A stretch of DNA of 24,000 nt from positions 210,239 to 234,238 of the forward strand of contig CANQDF010000001.1 of NCBI GenBank assembly GCA_947591605.1, written 5' to 3'. Position numbers and translations under genes: made by a program. The DNA comes from an uncultured Clostridia bacterium (GTDB lineage Bacteria; Bacillota; Clostridia; Lachnospirales; CAG-274). The notes below the pieces were generated by a model that saw only the letters and a list, made by a program, of their open reading frames with translations, made no database searches and was not told the DNA's origin. Shown piece after piece: positions 7,757 through 15,107 of the stretch (positions are counted from its first letter, which is position 1; every line of letters starts with the position of its first letter).

Positions 7757-9223
7757 ATGGATATTATGTTTAAAAGTACAAGAGGAGATAAAAATTATCT
7801 TACGGCAAGCAAAGCTATTGTAAAGGGCATTGCCGATGACGGAGGTCTTTTTGTGCCGGAAGCCATGCCAAAGATGGATTTTGCGCTTGAGGATATACTC
7901 AACTGGGATTATCGTGAGCTGGCTTACAGGGTATTAAGGCTCGTGCTTACGGATTACACCGAGGAGGAGCTCAGATACTGCATAAACTCCGCATATGACG
8001 ATAAATTTGACACCGAGCTTATTGCGCCTCTTTCGGTAAACGGCAGCGCAAGCTTTCTTGAGCTTTTCCACGGCAGGACGATAGCTTTTAAGGATATGGC
8101 GCTTTCCATACTGCCATACCTTTTAAAGACGGCAGCCAAAAAGAACGGCGTAAGCGAGGAGATAGTTATACTCACAGCCACAAGCGGCGATACGGGCAAG
8201 GCTGCCCTTGAGGGCTTTGCCGATGTTGAGGGCACAAGGATAATAGTATTCTTCCCCGAGGATGGCGTATCCGATGTGCAAAAGGCGCAGATGGTGACAC
8301 AGAAGGGCGCAAATACCTGTGTTGCAGGCATAAGAGGCAATTTTGACGATGCACAGACGGCGGTAAAAAGGATATTTACCGATAATGCTTTAAAGGCGGA
8401 GCTTAAGGAAAGAGGCTATGTTTTTTCCTCTGCAAATTCCATCAATATAGGCAGGCTTGCTCCTCAGATAGTTTATTATTTCTATGCGTATGCGCAAGCT
8501 GTAAAGGCAGGCATGATAAAAATGGGCGGCAAACTCAACTTTACCGTGCCTACGGGCAATTTCGGCAATATACTTGCCGCTTACTATGCAAAAAATATGG
8601 GTCTGCCCGTAAATAAGCTTATATGCGCTTCAAATGACAACAAGGTGCTTTATGACTTCTTTAAAAGCGGAACCTACGATATAAACAGGGATTTTACGGT
8701 AACGGTTTCGCCTTCGATGGATATACTTATATCAAGCAATCTGGAGAGGCTGCTGTATCATCTTTCGGGCTCCGAGGAGAAAACCGCTTCCCTTATGTCG
8801 TCGCTTTCAAACGGAGGCAGATACGATTTCAAGGCGGAGGACTGCTTTGAGGGTGAATACGCTACCGTTGAGGAAACCTTTGCAGGCATAAAGGAGGTAT
8901 TTGAAAAGGATAAGTATGTAATGGATACGCATACTGCGGTTGCATACGGCGCATATAAAAAATACCTTGCACGCACGGGCGATAATACCCCAAATATAAT
9001 AGTTTCCACAGCAAGCCCATATAAGTTTGCAAAGGATGTGCTTAAGGCGATAGACGGCAAATATGCCGATGTGGATCCGTTTGCCGCTCTGGACGAGCTC
9101 AGCGGCGTGAGCGGAACACTCATCCCCGAGCCCATAAGGGGCATTGACAAGCGTGAGGTGCTGCACAAGCATGTAATTGACAAAGAGGAAATAAAGGAAT
9201 TTGTTAAGGAGCAGCTTCAATAA
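7757..9223 (+). CDS. thrC: Threonine synthase (long form)
   Basis: N-terminus FKSTRG...LTASKAIVKGIADDGGLFVP, a PLP-lysine region FHGRTIAFKDMAL and an SGDTG motif. 488 aa. SD AAAGAGG. Confidence 0.9.
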   Translation: MDIMFKSTRGDKNYLTASKAIVKGIADDGGLFVPEAMPKMDFALEDILNWDYRELAYRVLRLVLTDYTEEELRYCINSAYDDKFDTELIAPLSVNGSASFLELFHGRTIAFKDMALSILPYLLKTAAKKNGVSEEIVILTATSGDTGKAALEGFADVEGTRIIVFFPEDGVSDVQKAQMVTQKGANTCVAGIRGNFDDAQTAVKRIFTDNALKAELKERGYVFSSANSINIGRLAPQIVYYFYAYAQAVKAGMIKMGGKLNFTVPTGNFGNILAAYYAKNMGLPVNKLICASNDNKVLYDFFKSGTYDINRDFTVTVSPSMDILISSNLERLLYHLSGSEEKTASLMSSLSNGGRYDFKAEDCFEGEYATVEETFAGIKEVFEKDKYVMDTHTAVAYGAYKKYLARTGDNTPNIIVSTASPYKFAKDVLKAIDGKYADVDPFAALDELSGVSGTLIPEPIRGIDKREVLHKHVIDKEEIKEFVKEQLQ

Positions 9224-9763
9224 ATGAGCGGTAGTTTCTGGGGACATTTAATTACAATAACAAAGCACAGGCATATGGTAATGCTGCATTGCTTTAAGGC
9301 AGGTATATTCCTCCGGGGGCTGGGACACGACCTGTCCAAGTACTCACCCGAGGAGTTTATACCCGGTGTGAGGTATTACCAGGGCTTCCGCAGCCCTAAC
9401 GAGTGTGAACGGGAGGAAAAAGGGTATTCTCGTGCATGGATGCACCATAAGGGCAGAAATAAGCACCATTTTGAATACTGGACGGATTATTCGCCCGCAG
9501 AGCGCAGGATGATGCCCGTAAAAATGCCGCTTAAATATGTGGCGGAGATGTTTTGCGACAGAGTGGCTGCAAGCAAGATATACGGCGGAGAAAAATATGA
9601 CGACAGCTATGCCCTCAACTACTTTTTAAAGGGCAAGGCAAAAAGAGTGATACACCCCGATACCTCGGAGCTTATAGAACGCCTTTTGACCATGCTTGCG
9701 GAGGAAGGCGAGGAAAAGACCTTTGCCTATATACGAAAACTGCTTAAAGAGGAAAAAGGGTGA
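9224..9763 (+). CDS. His-rich conserved hypothetical protein (DUF5662-like by recollection)
   Basis: The ATG abuts the thrC stop (TAAATG). Motifs HLITITKHRHMV, GHDLSKYSPEEF, YYQGFRSPNE and AWMHHKGRNKHHFEYW match my memory of the DUF5662 family. This is not verified by a search. Confidence 0.6.
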   Translation: MSGSFWGHLITITKHRHMVMLHCFKAGIFLRGLGHDLSKYSPEEFIPGVRYYQGFRSPNECEREEKGYSRAWMHHKGRNKHHFEYWTDYSPAERRMMPVKMPLKYVAEMFCDRVAASKIYGGEKYDDSYALNYFLKGKAKRVIHPDTSELIERLLTMLAEEGEEKTFAYIRKLLKEEKG

Positions 9764-9767
9764 TGCT

Positions 9768-9944
9768 ATGAAACTGCCAAAAGACAAGGCAATGCTGCTT
9801 AGCGTTGTAAATACCGCTTTAAGGGACAGATATTCGTCCCTTGACGAGCTTGCTTTATGCGAAAATGCGGACAAAGGGCAGATAACGGAGGCACTTGCCG
9901 ATATAGGCTATGCCTATGATGCAGCCCAAAACAGATTTGTATAA
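9768..9944 (+). CDS. DUF4250-like small protein (58 aa)
   Basis: MKLPKDKAMLLSVVNTALRDRYSSLDELALCENADKGQITEALADIGYAYDAAQNRFV matches the DUF4250 pattern (P.D..MLLS.VNT.LRD.Y.SLDEL...IGY.YD...N.F). The start is moved to ATG 9768, which has a G-rich SD-like stretch (GAGGAAAAAGGGTG, 9750-9763) upstream. The ORF-track start at 9696 overlaps the previous gene. Confidence 0.7.
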   Translation: MKLPKDKAMLLSVVNTALRDRYSSLDELALCENADKGQITEALADIGYAYDAAQNRFV

Positions 9945-9990
9945 GTCAATGATATTTGTATTAATATCGGTCAAATATCTCAAAATATAG

Positions 9991-10019
9991 TTTACTTTTT
10001 AATTTATATGTGTTAAAAT
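9991..10019 (+). promoter_or_regulatory. Sigma-A promoter for the hydrogenase-maturation operon leader
   Basis: TTTACT (9991-9996), 17-nt spacer, TAAAAT (10014-10019), with TGT immediately upstream (extended -10, TGnTAAAAT). Confidence 0.5.
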
Positions 10020-10025
10020 AATAAC

Positions 10026-10207
10026 GATAAACCTAAAGGCAAAGTATGCCTGAGGCAAATCGTCCTTAAAATTGTGTTCATCTGATACCGAAGCCAAGGC
10101 TGAGGAGCAAGTTGGAGCGTAATATTTTACAGCTTATCTGCGTCCTTTTGCCCGGCGCAGATTTTTTTATTGTCTAAGAGAAAAAATATCCCAAGGGAGG
10201 CTGAAAA
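10026..10207 (+). promoter_or_regulatory. Structured 5' leader of about 180 nt, of unrecognised class, upstream of the TM1266-like/hydG/hydF operon
   Basis: Long untranslated gap between the promoter and the SD (GGGAGG, 10195-10200). Contains hairpin AGGCA-AAGTA-TGCCT (10037-10051), repeated AGGCAAA words (10037-10043 and 10053-10059), related AAGGC/GAGGAGCAA words (10096-10110), and an intrinsic terminator at 10136-10168. Confidence 0.45.
10136..10168 (+). terminator. Leader-internal intrinsic terminator (attenuator candidate)
   Basis: Stem ATCTGCGTC / GGCGCAGAT (10136-10144 / 10154-10162, one G.U) with loop CTTTTGCCC, followed by a T run at 10163-10168. It lies about 40 nt upstream of the first gene of the operon. 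Confidence 0.6.
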
Positions 10208-10468
10208 ATGGATTCAAGAGTAGCACTTATCGGAATAGTTGTTGAGGATTACGACTCTGCGGAAAAGCTTAATGCCATACTTCACGAGTACGGCAGCTGC
10301 ATTATAGGGCGTATGGGCATACCCTATCACAAAAGGGGAATATCGGTAATAAGCGTCGCACTTGACGCACCTGCCGATGTTATAAATAAAATATCGGGCA
10401 GGCTTGGTATGCTGCCCGGCGTAAATGCAAAAACGATATATTCAAAATTAAGCGGAAAGGAAGAATAA
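10208..10468 (+). CDS. TM1266-family putative iron-only hydrogenase system regulator (small ACT/NikR-C-like protein)
   Basis: 86 aa. VALIGIVVEDYDSAEKLNAILHEYGSCIIGRMGIPYHKRGISVISVALDAPADVINKISGRLGMLPGVNAKTIYSK matches the TM1266-type family found next to hydE/F/G genes. SD GGGAGG. Confidence 0.8.
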   Translation: MDSRVALIGIVVEDYDSAEKLNAILHEYGSCIIGRMGIPYHKRGISVISVALDAPADVINKISGRLGMLPGVNAKTIYSKLSGKEE

Positions 10469-10470
10469 AA

Positions 10471-11889
10471 ATGTACGATCCAAAATCGTTAAAGGCTGAA
10501 GAATTTATTGAACATGAGGAGATACTCGATACCCTTGCTTATGCCGAAAAAAACAAGCATAACGCAGAGCTTATAGACAGCATACTTGAAAAGGCAAGGC
10601 TCAGAAAGGGGCTTTCGCACAGGGATGCGGCAGTGCTGCTTGACTGTGACATAGAGGAGAAAAACAACGAGATATATGCCCTTGCAGAGCAGATAAAAAA
10701 GGATTTTTACGGCAACAGGATAGTGCTGTTTGCGCCGCTGTATCTTTCAAACTACTGTGTAAACGGCTGCCTTTATTGCCCTTACCACCACACCAACAAG
10801 CATATAGCACGCAAAAAGCTTACTCAGGAGGAGGTAAAGCGTGAGGTGATCGCCCTCCAGGATATGGGTCACAAGAGGCTTGCCATAGAGGCGGGGGAGG
10901 ATCCCGTAAACAACCCCATAGAATATATACTGGAATGTATAGACACAATTTACAGCATAAAGCATAAAAACGGCGCAATAAGGCGTGTAAACGTAAATAT
11001 TGCCGCAACCACGGTGGAAAATTACCGCAAGCTCAAGGATGCGGGCATAGGCACATATATCCTCTTTCAGGAAACCTACCACAAGGAGAGCTATGAAAGG
11101 CTGCATCCTACGGGCCCAAAGCACAACTATGCCTACCATACCGAGGCGATGGACAGGGCAATGGAGGGCGGCATAGACGATGTCGGTCTGGGCGTGCTGT
11201 TCGGTCTGGAGCTATACAGGTATGAATTTGCGGGTCTGCTTATGCACGCAGAGCATCTTGAGGCGGTACACGGAGTAGGGCCTCATACCATAAGCGTGCC
11301 AAGGATAAGGCATGCCGATGACATCGACCCCGATGCCTTTGACAACGGTATTGACGATGATACCTTTGCAAAGCTGGTTGCATGTATAAGGATAGCCGTA
11401 CCGTATACGGGTATGATAGTTTCCACAAGAGAGAGCCAAAAATGCAGGGAGAGAGTGCTGCACCTTGGCATATCGCAGATAAGCGGCGGCTCCCGCACAA
11501 GCGTGGGAGGCTATGTACAGCCGGAGCCGGAGGAGGAAAAGAGCGAGCAGTTTGATGTTATCGACTCCAGAACCTTGGATCAGGTGGTAAACTGGCTCAT
11601 GAGGATGGATTATATACCAAGCTTCTGTACCGCCTGCTACCGTGAGGGCAGAACGGGCGACAGGTTTATGAGCCTGTGCAAGAGCGGTCAGATACAAAAC
11701 TGCTGCCATCCCAATGCTCTTATGACCTTAAAGGAATACCTTATTGATTATGCCTCCGAGGATACAAGGCAGGTGGGTCTTAAGCTTATCGAAAGAGAGA
11801 TAGACAACGTAAAGAGCGACAAGGTAAAGGAAATTTTAAGGGCCAACCTCATAAATATAGAAAACGGAAAACGTGACTTCAGGTTTTAA
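10471..11889 (+). CDS. hydG: [FeFe]-hydrogenase H-cluster radical SAM maturase HydG (tyrosine lyase)
   Basis: 472 aa. Radical-SAM motif CVNGCLYCPY and the HydG-specific C-terminal cluster motif CTACYREGRTGDRFMSLCKSGQIQNCCHPNAL (CX2CX22C), which ThiH lacks. Confidence 0.9.
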   Translation: MYDPKSLKAEEFIEHEEILDTLAYAEKNKHNAELIDSILEKARLRKGLSHRDAAVLLDCDIEEKNNEIYALAEQIKKDFYGNRIVLFAPLYLSNYCVNGCLYCPYHHTNKHIARKKLTQEEVKREVIALQDMGHKRLAIEAGEDPVNNPIEYILECIDTIYSIKHKNGAIRRVNVNIAATTVENYRKLKDAGIGTYILFQETYHKESYERLHPTGPKHNYAYHTEAMDRAMEGGIDDVGLGVLFGLELYRYEFAGLLMHAEHLEAVHGVGPHTISVPRIRHADDIDPDAFDNGIDDDTFAKLVACIRIAVPYTGMIVSTRESQKCRERVLHLGISQISGGSRTSVGGYVQPEPEEEKSEQFDVIDSRTLDQVVNWLMRMDYIPSFCTACYREGRTGDRFMSLCKSGQIQNCCHPNALMTLKEYLIDYASEDTRQVGLKLIEREIDNVKSDKVKEILRANLINIENGKRDFRF

Positions 11890-11903
11890 ACGGAGGTGAT
11901 TTT

Positions 11904-13106
11904 ATGGGACTTAACAACACACCTTCGTCCGAAAGACTGCATATAGGCATATTCGGCAGGCGTAATGCAGGCAAGTCCAGCGTTATAAATGCAATAACGG
12001 GTCAGGAGCTTTCAATTGTGTCGGATATAAAGGGCACCACCACAGACCCCGTTAAAAAAACAATGGAGCTTTTGCCATTGGGCCCCGTTGTTATGATAGA
12101 TACTCCGGGTATTGACGATACCGGCGAGCTGGGACAAAAGAGAGTGGAAAAAAGCTACGAGATACTTAACAGGACGGACATAGCAGTGCTTGTTGCGGAC
12201 GGCACGCAGGGACTTGCCGCGGAAGACAGGATGCTTATAGACGAGCTTGAAAAACGGGAGCTGCCCTATGTTATAGCATTTAACAAGTGCGATATGACGG
12301 AAAAAAGGACGGAAACAAAAAACGGAGTGTGGGTAAGCGCTCTTACGGGAGAGGGCATAGAGGAGCTGAAAAAGCAGATAATACTTGCACGCCCCGAGGA
12401 GGAGCACAAAAAGCTTGCAGGCGACCTTGTATCGGCAGGCGACCTTGTTATACTTGTGGTGCCCATAGATAAGGCGGCGCCAAAGGGCAGGCTTATTCTG
12501 CCGCAGCAAATGGTGCTGAGGGATCTGCTCGATGCGGGTGCGGTATCCGTCACCGTCAGAGAGGACGCACTTAAAAGCACAATAGAAAGGCTTAATATAA
12601 GGCCGTCGCTTGTAATTACGGACAGTCAGGTGTTTGACAGGGTGTCGGCGGATACCCCCGAGGATATACGCCTTACATCGTTCTCTATACTTATGGCCAG
12701 GTACAAGGGGCTGCTTGACGGAGCCGTAAAAGCTGTTAAGGCGATAGAGTCGCTTAAGTCGGGTGACAAAATACTTATATCGGAGGGCTGCACTCACCAC
12801 AGACAGTGCGAGGATATAGGCACGGTAAAAATACCCAACTGGCTGAAAAAGTATGTGGGTGAGGATGTTGTGTTTGAGTTTTCAAGCGGCATAGGCTTCC
12901 CAAAGGATCTGAGAGAGTACAAGGCGATAATACACTGCGGAGGCTGTATGCTCAATGAAAAGGAGATGCGTTACAGGCAGCTTTGTGCCGAAAACCAAGG
13001 TGTGCCTATGACAAATTACGGCATTTTTATTGCCTATATAAACGGGATACTTAAAAGGAGCCTTGCGGCGTTGCCGGGCTATGAGGATAATGTACAGGGC
13101 TTTTAA
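11904..13106 (+). CDS. hydF: [FeFe]-hydrogenase H-cluster maturation GTPase HydF
   Basis: N-terminal P-loop GRRNAGKSS, then DTPG and NKCD GTPase motifs, and C-terminal cluster ligands EGCTHH...IIHCGGCM. 400 aa. SD GGAGGTG. Confidence 0.9.
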   Translation: MGLNNTPSSERLHIGIFGRRNAGKSSVINAITGQELSIVSDIKGTTTDPVKKTMELLPLGPVVMIDTPGIDDTGELGQKRVEKSYEILNRTDIAVLVADGTQGLAAEDRMLIDELEKRELPYVIAFNKCDMTEKRTETKNGVWVSALTGEGIEELKKQIILARPEEEHKKLAGDLVSAGDLVILVVPIDKAAPKGRLILPQQMVLRDLLDAGAVSVTVREDALKSTIERLNIRPSLVITDSQVFDRVSADTPEDIRLTSFSILMARYKGLLDGAVKAVKAIESLKSGDKILISEGCTHHRQCEDIGTVKIPNWLKKYVGEDVVFEFSSGIGFPKDLREYKAIIHCGGCMLNEKEMRYRQLCAENQGVPMTNYGIFIAYINGILKRSLAALPGYEDNVQGF

Positions 13107-13115
13107 ATAACAGGG

Positions 13116-13168
13116 CTGCCGCCTTATATCTGTTGTTATTGGCAGAGGTAAGGCGGCAGTCTTTTTTT
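13116..13168 (+). terminator. Intrinsic terminator of the hyd operon
   Basis: Stem CTGCCGCCTTA / TAAGGCGGCAG (13116-13126 / 13149-13159) followed by T7 (13162-13168). Confidence 0.7.
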
Positions 13169-13405
13169 GACGGAAAATTATAAATTGTTACTGTATCGAA
13201 CCTAGCAAAAATTTATATTTTTATATTTAATCTGCATAATTTGACGCTTAACCTATGTCATACTTGATTTTTTTTGCAAATTATAATAAAATGTTATTTG
13301 TATAATTATTATAAAAATATTACAAAAAGGAGGATATTTTATGAAAAAATTTAAAAATAAGGGCTTGCGCTTTCTTACAACAGCCCTTGCAACTCTGATC
13401 CTTGT

Positions 13406-13413
13406 GGGGGGGG
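13406..13413 (+). repeat. G8 homopolymer (candidate slipped-strand contingency tract)
   Basis: Counted directly: CTTGT GGGGGGGG TACTG. The tract lies in the h-region of the signal peptide. Confidence 0.9.
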
Positions 13414-13459
13414 TACTGTAGCAGCCTTTGGTGCTGAAATTGAAACAACTTCCCAAACC

Positions 13460-14887
13460 ATGCTGAATTTTCAGGAAACAAGTTATGTAGACATAAAAGG
13501 ATCAAGCGAAACTTATACGGGAACCTATACAAATAGTGATTCTCAAGATTTTGAAGTTACCGTATACGGAACGGGCATAGATTATTATGAAAATAATTAT
13601 CAACAATATGGTACAAAGGCAACTCCCGGAATGGCTATTTTTTCATTTGTTCCCGAAGAGGCAGCAACATATACAATATCGGTTAAACCCACTACAAACA
13701 GTAACAATGCACCAACAATCGGTTTATATACCGATGCCGGGCTTACAACAGCTTTGGCAAGTAAGGAATTTACTCAAAATTCTACCGGTGTCGAATCTAT
13801 TGTATATGAGAATAAATCACCTATGAGCGATCCGGTTTACTTTGGTATATATAAAGGATCAAGCGGCACAAACTTCTATATAGGCTATGTTGAAATATCA
13901 TACAGTAAAAGTATGACAAATTTCAAAGGCAGTGTTGAAGGTATTGCCGATGACGATGCCGAAATAAGGTTTGTAAGCGGCGGAAAAACCATTGAAACCC
14001 AAAAATCAACATATTCCACAGAAGGTGTTAAGCTTGAAGCAGGAACAACATACAACGTGGAAGCTGTAGCCGACAGCGGCGTATATTATGTTAATGATGT
14101 TGTTGCAAGTGCAGATAAAGCAGACTCTCTTGATCTTGCTTTTAATAAAATAAATTTTGATTTTCCGTTGGATTTTAAGACAGCTTTTGCCGAAAAAGAA
14201 AATTCTCTTTATGCAAAATATATGGATCTTTATCCAAGAGGCAAAGAGAATACATCTACAGGTATAACACTTCCTGCCGAAGGAATAAAATATACACAAT
14301 ATGGTTATAAGACAGGTGCAAATGATATTATAACCTTTAAAGCTAAAGAATCGGGTATTTGTACTGTAGCTTTGGATATATATGTAAGTGATAGTGATTA
14401 TGTTATTTTAAAGGTAAACGGCAAGGCAGTGCCAAACCATACAGCTGTTGAAAGTAACAGTTCATACAAGCTTTCGGCAATGGTAAATGCAGGGGATTCC
14501 GTTACCGTTTATTCAAATACAAAGAAAAATTTATATTTTAATAAAATAGATGTTAGTTATACCGAAACAGCTCCTTTAAAAGTTGCGGCAGTCGGCAAGC
14601 TTGCTTATGTAGTGATCCCGGAGGATATGGCAAATACAGTTACGGAAGTCGGCGTAATTTTTGCTGACAAGGACAATGCAGCTTCGCTTGATCCGGAAGG
14701 TGACGGTGTTGCAAAATCGAGCACAGTATACGAAAAAATATCATATGACAGCAATGAATACAAGGCTGACAGCGGTTATGTATTTGGTGCTGTCCTTGAT
14801 GCAAGCGGTTCTGCATATGCTTATGGCTACTGCAAGACTGCAAACGGAGATTACTGTTATACCGATGAGCCTGCGGCAATAAATTAA
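13460..14887 (+). CDS. Intact ORF body of the same gene (475 aa hypothetical protein, as an ORF caller would report it)
   Basis: Long open frame rich in Thr/Ser/Tyr/Asn/Gly. Two jelly-roll-like modules end in similar strands, NFYIGYVEISYSKS and NLYFNKIDVSYTET. Between them is a CarboxypepD_reg-like segment (GSVEGIADDDAEIRFVSGGKTIETQKSTYSTEGVKLEAGTTYNVEAVADSG). The internal Met at 13460 has no SD and no signal peptide of its own. Confidence 0.75.
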   Translation: MLNFQETSYVDIKGSSETYTGTYTNSDSQDFEVTVYGTGIDYYENNYQQYGTKATPGMAIFSFVPEEAATYTISVKPTTNSNNAPTIGLYTDAGLTTALASKEFTQNSTGVESIVYENKSPMSDPVYFGIYKGSSGTNFYIGYVEISYSKSMTNFKGSVEGIADDDAEIRFVSGGKTIETQKSTYSTEGVKLEAGTTYNVEAVADSGVYYVNDVVASADKADSLDLAFNKINFDFPLDFKTAFAEKENSLYAKYMDLYPRGKENTSTGITLPAEGIKYTQYGYKTGANDIITFKAKESGICTVALDIYVSDSDYVILKVNGKAVPNHTAVESNSSYKLSAMVNAGDSVTVYSNTKKNLYFNKIDVSYTETAPLKVAAVGKLAYVVIPEDMANTVTEVGVIFADKDNAASLDPEGDGVAKSSTVYEKISYDSNEYKADSGYVFGAVLDASGSAYAYGYCKTANGDYCYTDEPAAIN

Positions 14888-14899
14888 GGAGGTAGCAAG

Positions 14900-15037
14900 A
14901 TGAAAAAGATATATGATACGCCAAGCGTGGAGATAACTGTTTTTGACAGTACAGAGATAACAAATGCAGATCTGGGTTCGGCATTGGTGCCTGCAAGTGT
15001 TAAGGCAGTACAGAATGTAGATGTTATTAATTTTTGA
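14900..15037 (+). CDS. Small ORF (45 aa) coupled to the secreted-protein gene; leader-peptide-like N-terminus
   Basis: Not in the ORF track because it is under 60 aa. AGGAGG (14888-14893) lies 6 nt before ATG 14900, which is 12 nt after the upstream stop. Translation is MKKIYDTPSVEITVFDSTEITNADLGSALVPASVKAVQNVDVINF, with TGA at 15035-15037, followed by a terminator. Confidence 0.5.
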   Translation: MKKIYDTPSVEITVFDSTEITNADLGSALVPASVKAVQNVDVINF

Positions 15038-15076
15038 TATAATTTTGATTTGTAAAACATTTTTACTTTCTTACAT

Positions 15077-15107
15077 AGAGCCGTTCCTTAGTGAGCGGCT
15101 CTTTTTA
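15077..15107 (+). terminator. Intrinsic terminator closing the AT-rich cassette
   Basis: Stem GAGCCGTTC / GAGCGGCTC (15078-15086 / 15093-15101, one G.U) with loop CTTAGT, followed by TTTTT (15102-15106). Confidence 0.7.

Larger units (their letters stand above)
13341..14887 (+). pseudogene. Secreted multi-domain beta-sandwich protein whose frame is broken inside the signal peptide by a G8 tract (phase-variable OFF state, frameshift pseudogene or homopolymer error)
   Basis: A strong SD (AAAGGAGG, 13326-13333) and ATG 13341 encode MKKFKNKGLRFLTTALATLILVGGVL, ending at TAG 13419-13421. Adding one G to the run at 13406-13413 gives MKKFKNKGLRFLTTALATLILVGGGTVAAFGAEIETTSQTMLNFQETSYVD..., a complete signal peptide fused in frame to the 13460-14887 ORF. 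Confidence 0.7.

Noticed and set aside
10046-10069. A seven-codon mini-ORF (MPEANRP-stop) inside the hyd leader, as a possible attenuation leader peptide.
   Set aside because: It has only a weak AAAGG upstream. It has no run of regulatory codons, such as Tyr, Cys or Met relevant to HydG chemistry. Its position shows no obvious relation to the terminator arms.
10020-10207. Partial resemblance of the hyd leader to glycine-riboswitch words (CCGAAG...GGAGCAA, GAGGCAAA) and to TPP-riboswitch words (CTGAGG, ATCTGATACC). The TPP match is tempting because HydG is a ThiH homologue.
   Set aside because: The order of the glycine-like blocks is wrong. The invariant GGAGAG and CTGAGA / ACCTGATCTGGATAATGCCAGCG cores are absent, and I could not draw either consensus fold. 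The leader is treated as unclassified.
13178-13201. Imperfect direct repeats at the cassette borders: TTATAAATTGTTACTGTATCGAAC (13178-13201) versus TTATAAAGTCTTAAATCCGTATGACA (15118-15143), as possible att-like sites.
   Set aside because: Only a 7-mer is exact and the rest needs gaps. Such matches are expected by chance in AT-rich spacers. No integrase is present.
14900-15037. Reading the 45-aa ORF as evidence for a lasso-peptide or other RiPP biosynthetic gene cluster.
   Set aside because: No cyclase, leader protease, RRE protein, radical-SAM maturase or ABC exporter is adjacent. The putative core lacks the Asp or Glu needed at positions 7-9 and has no Cys. Only the leader-like resemblance is kept, as a low-confidence note.
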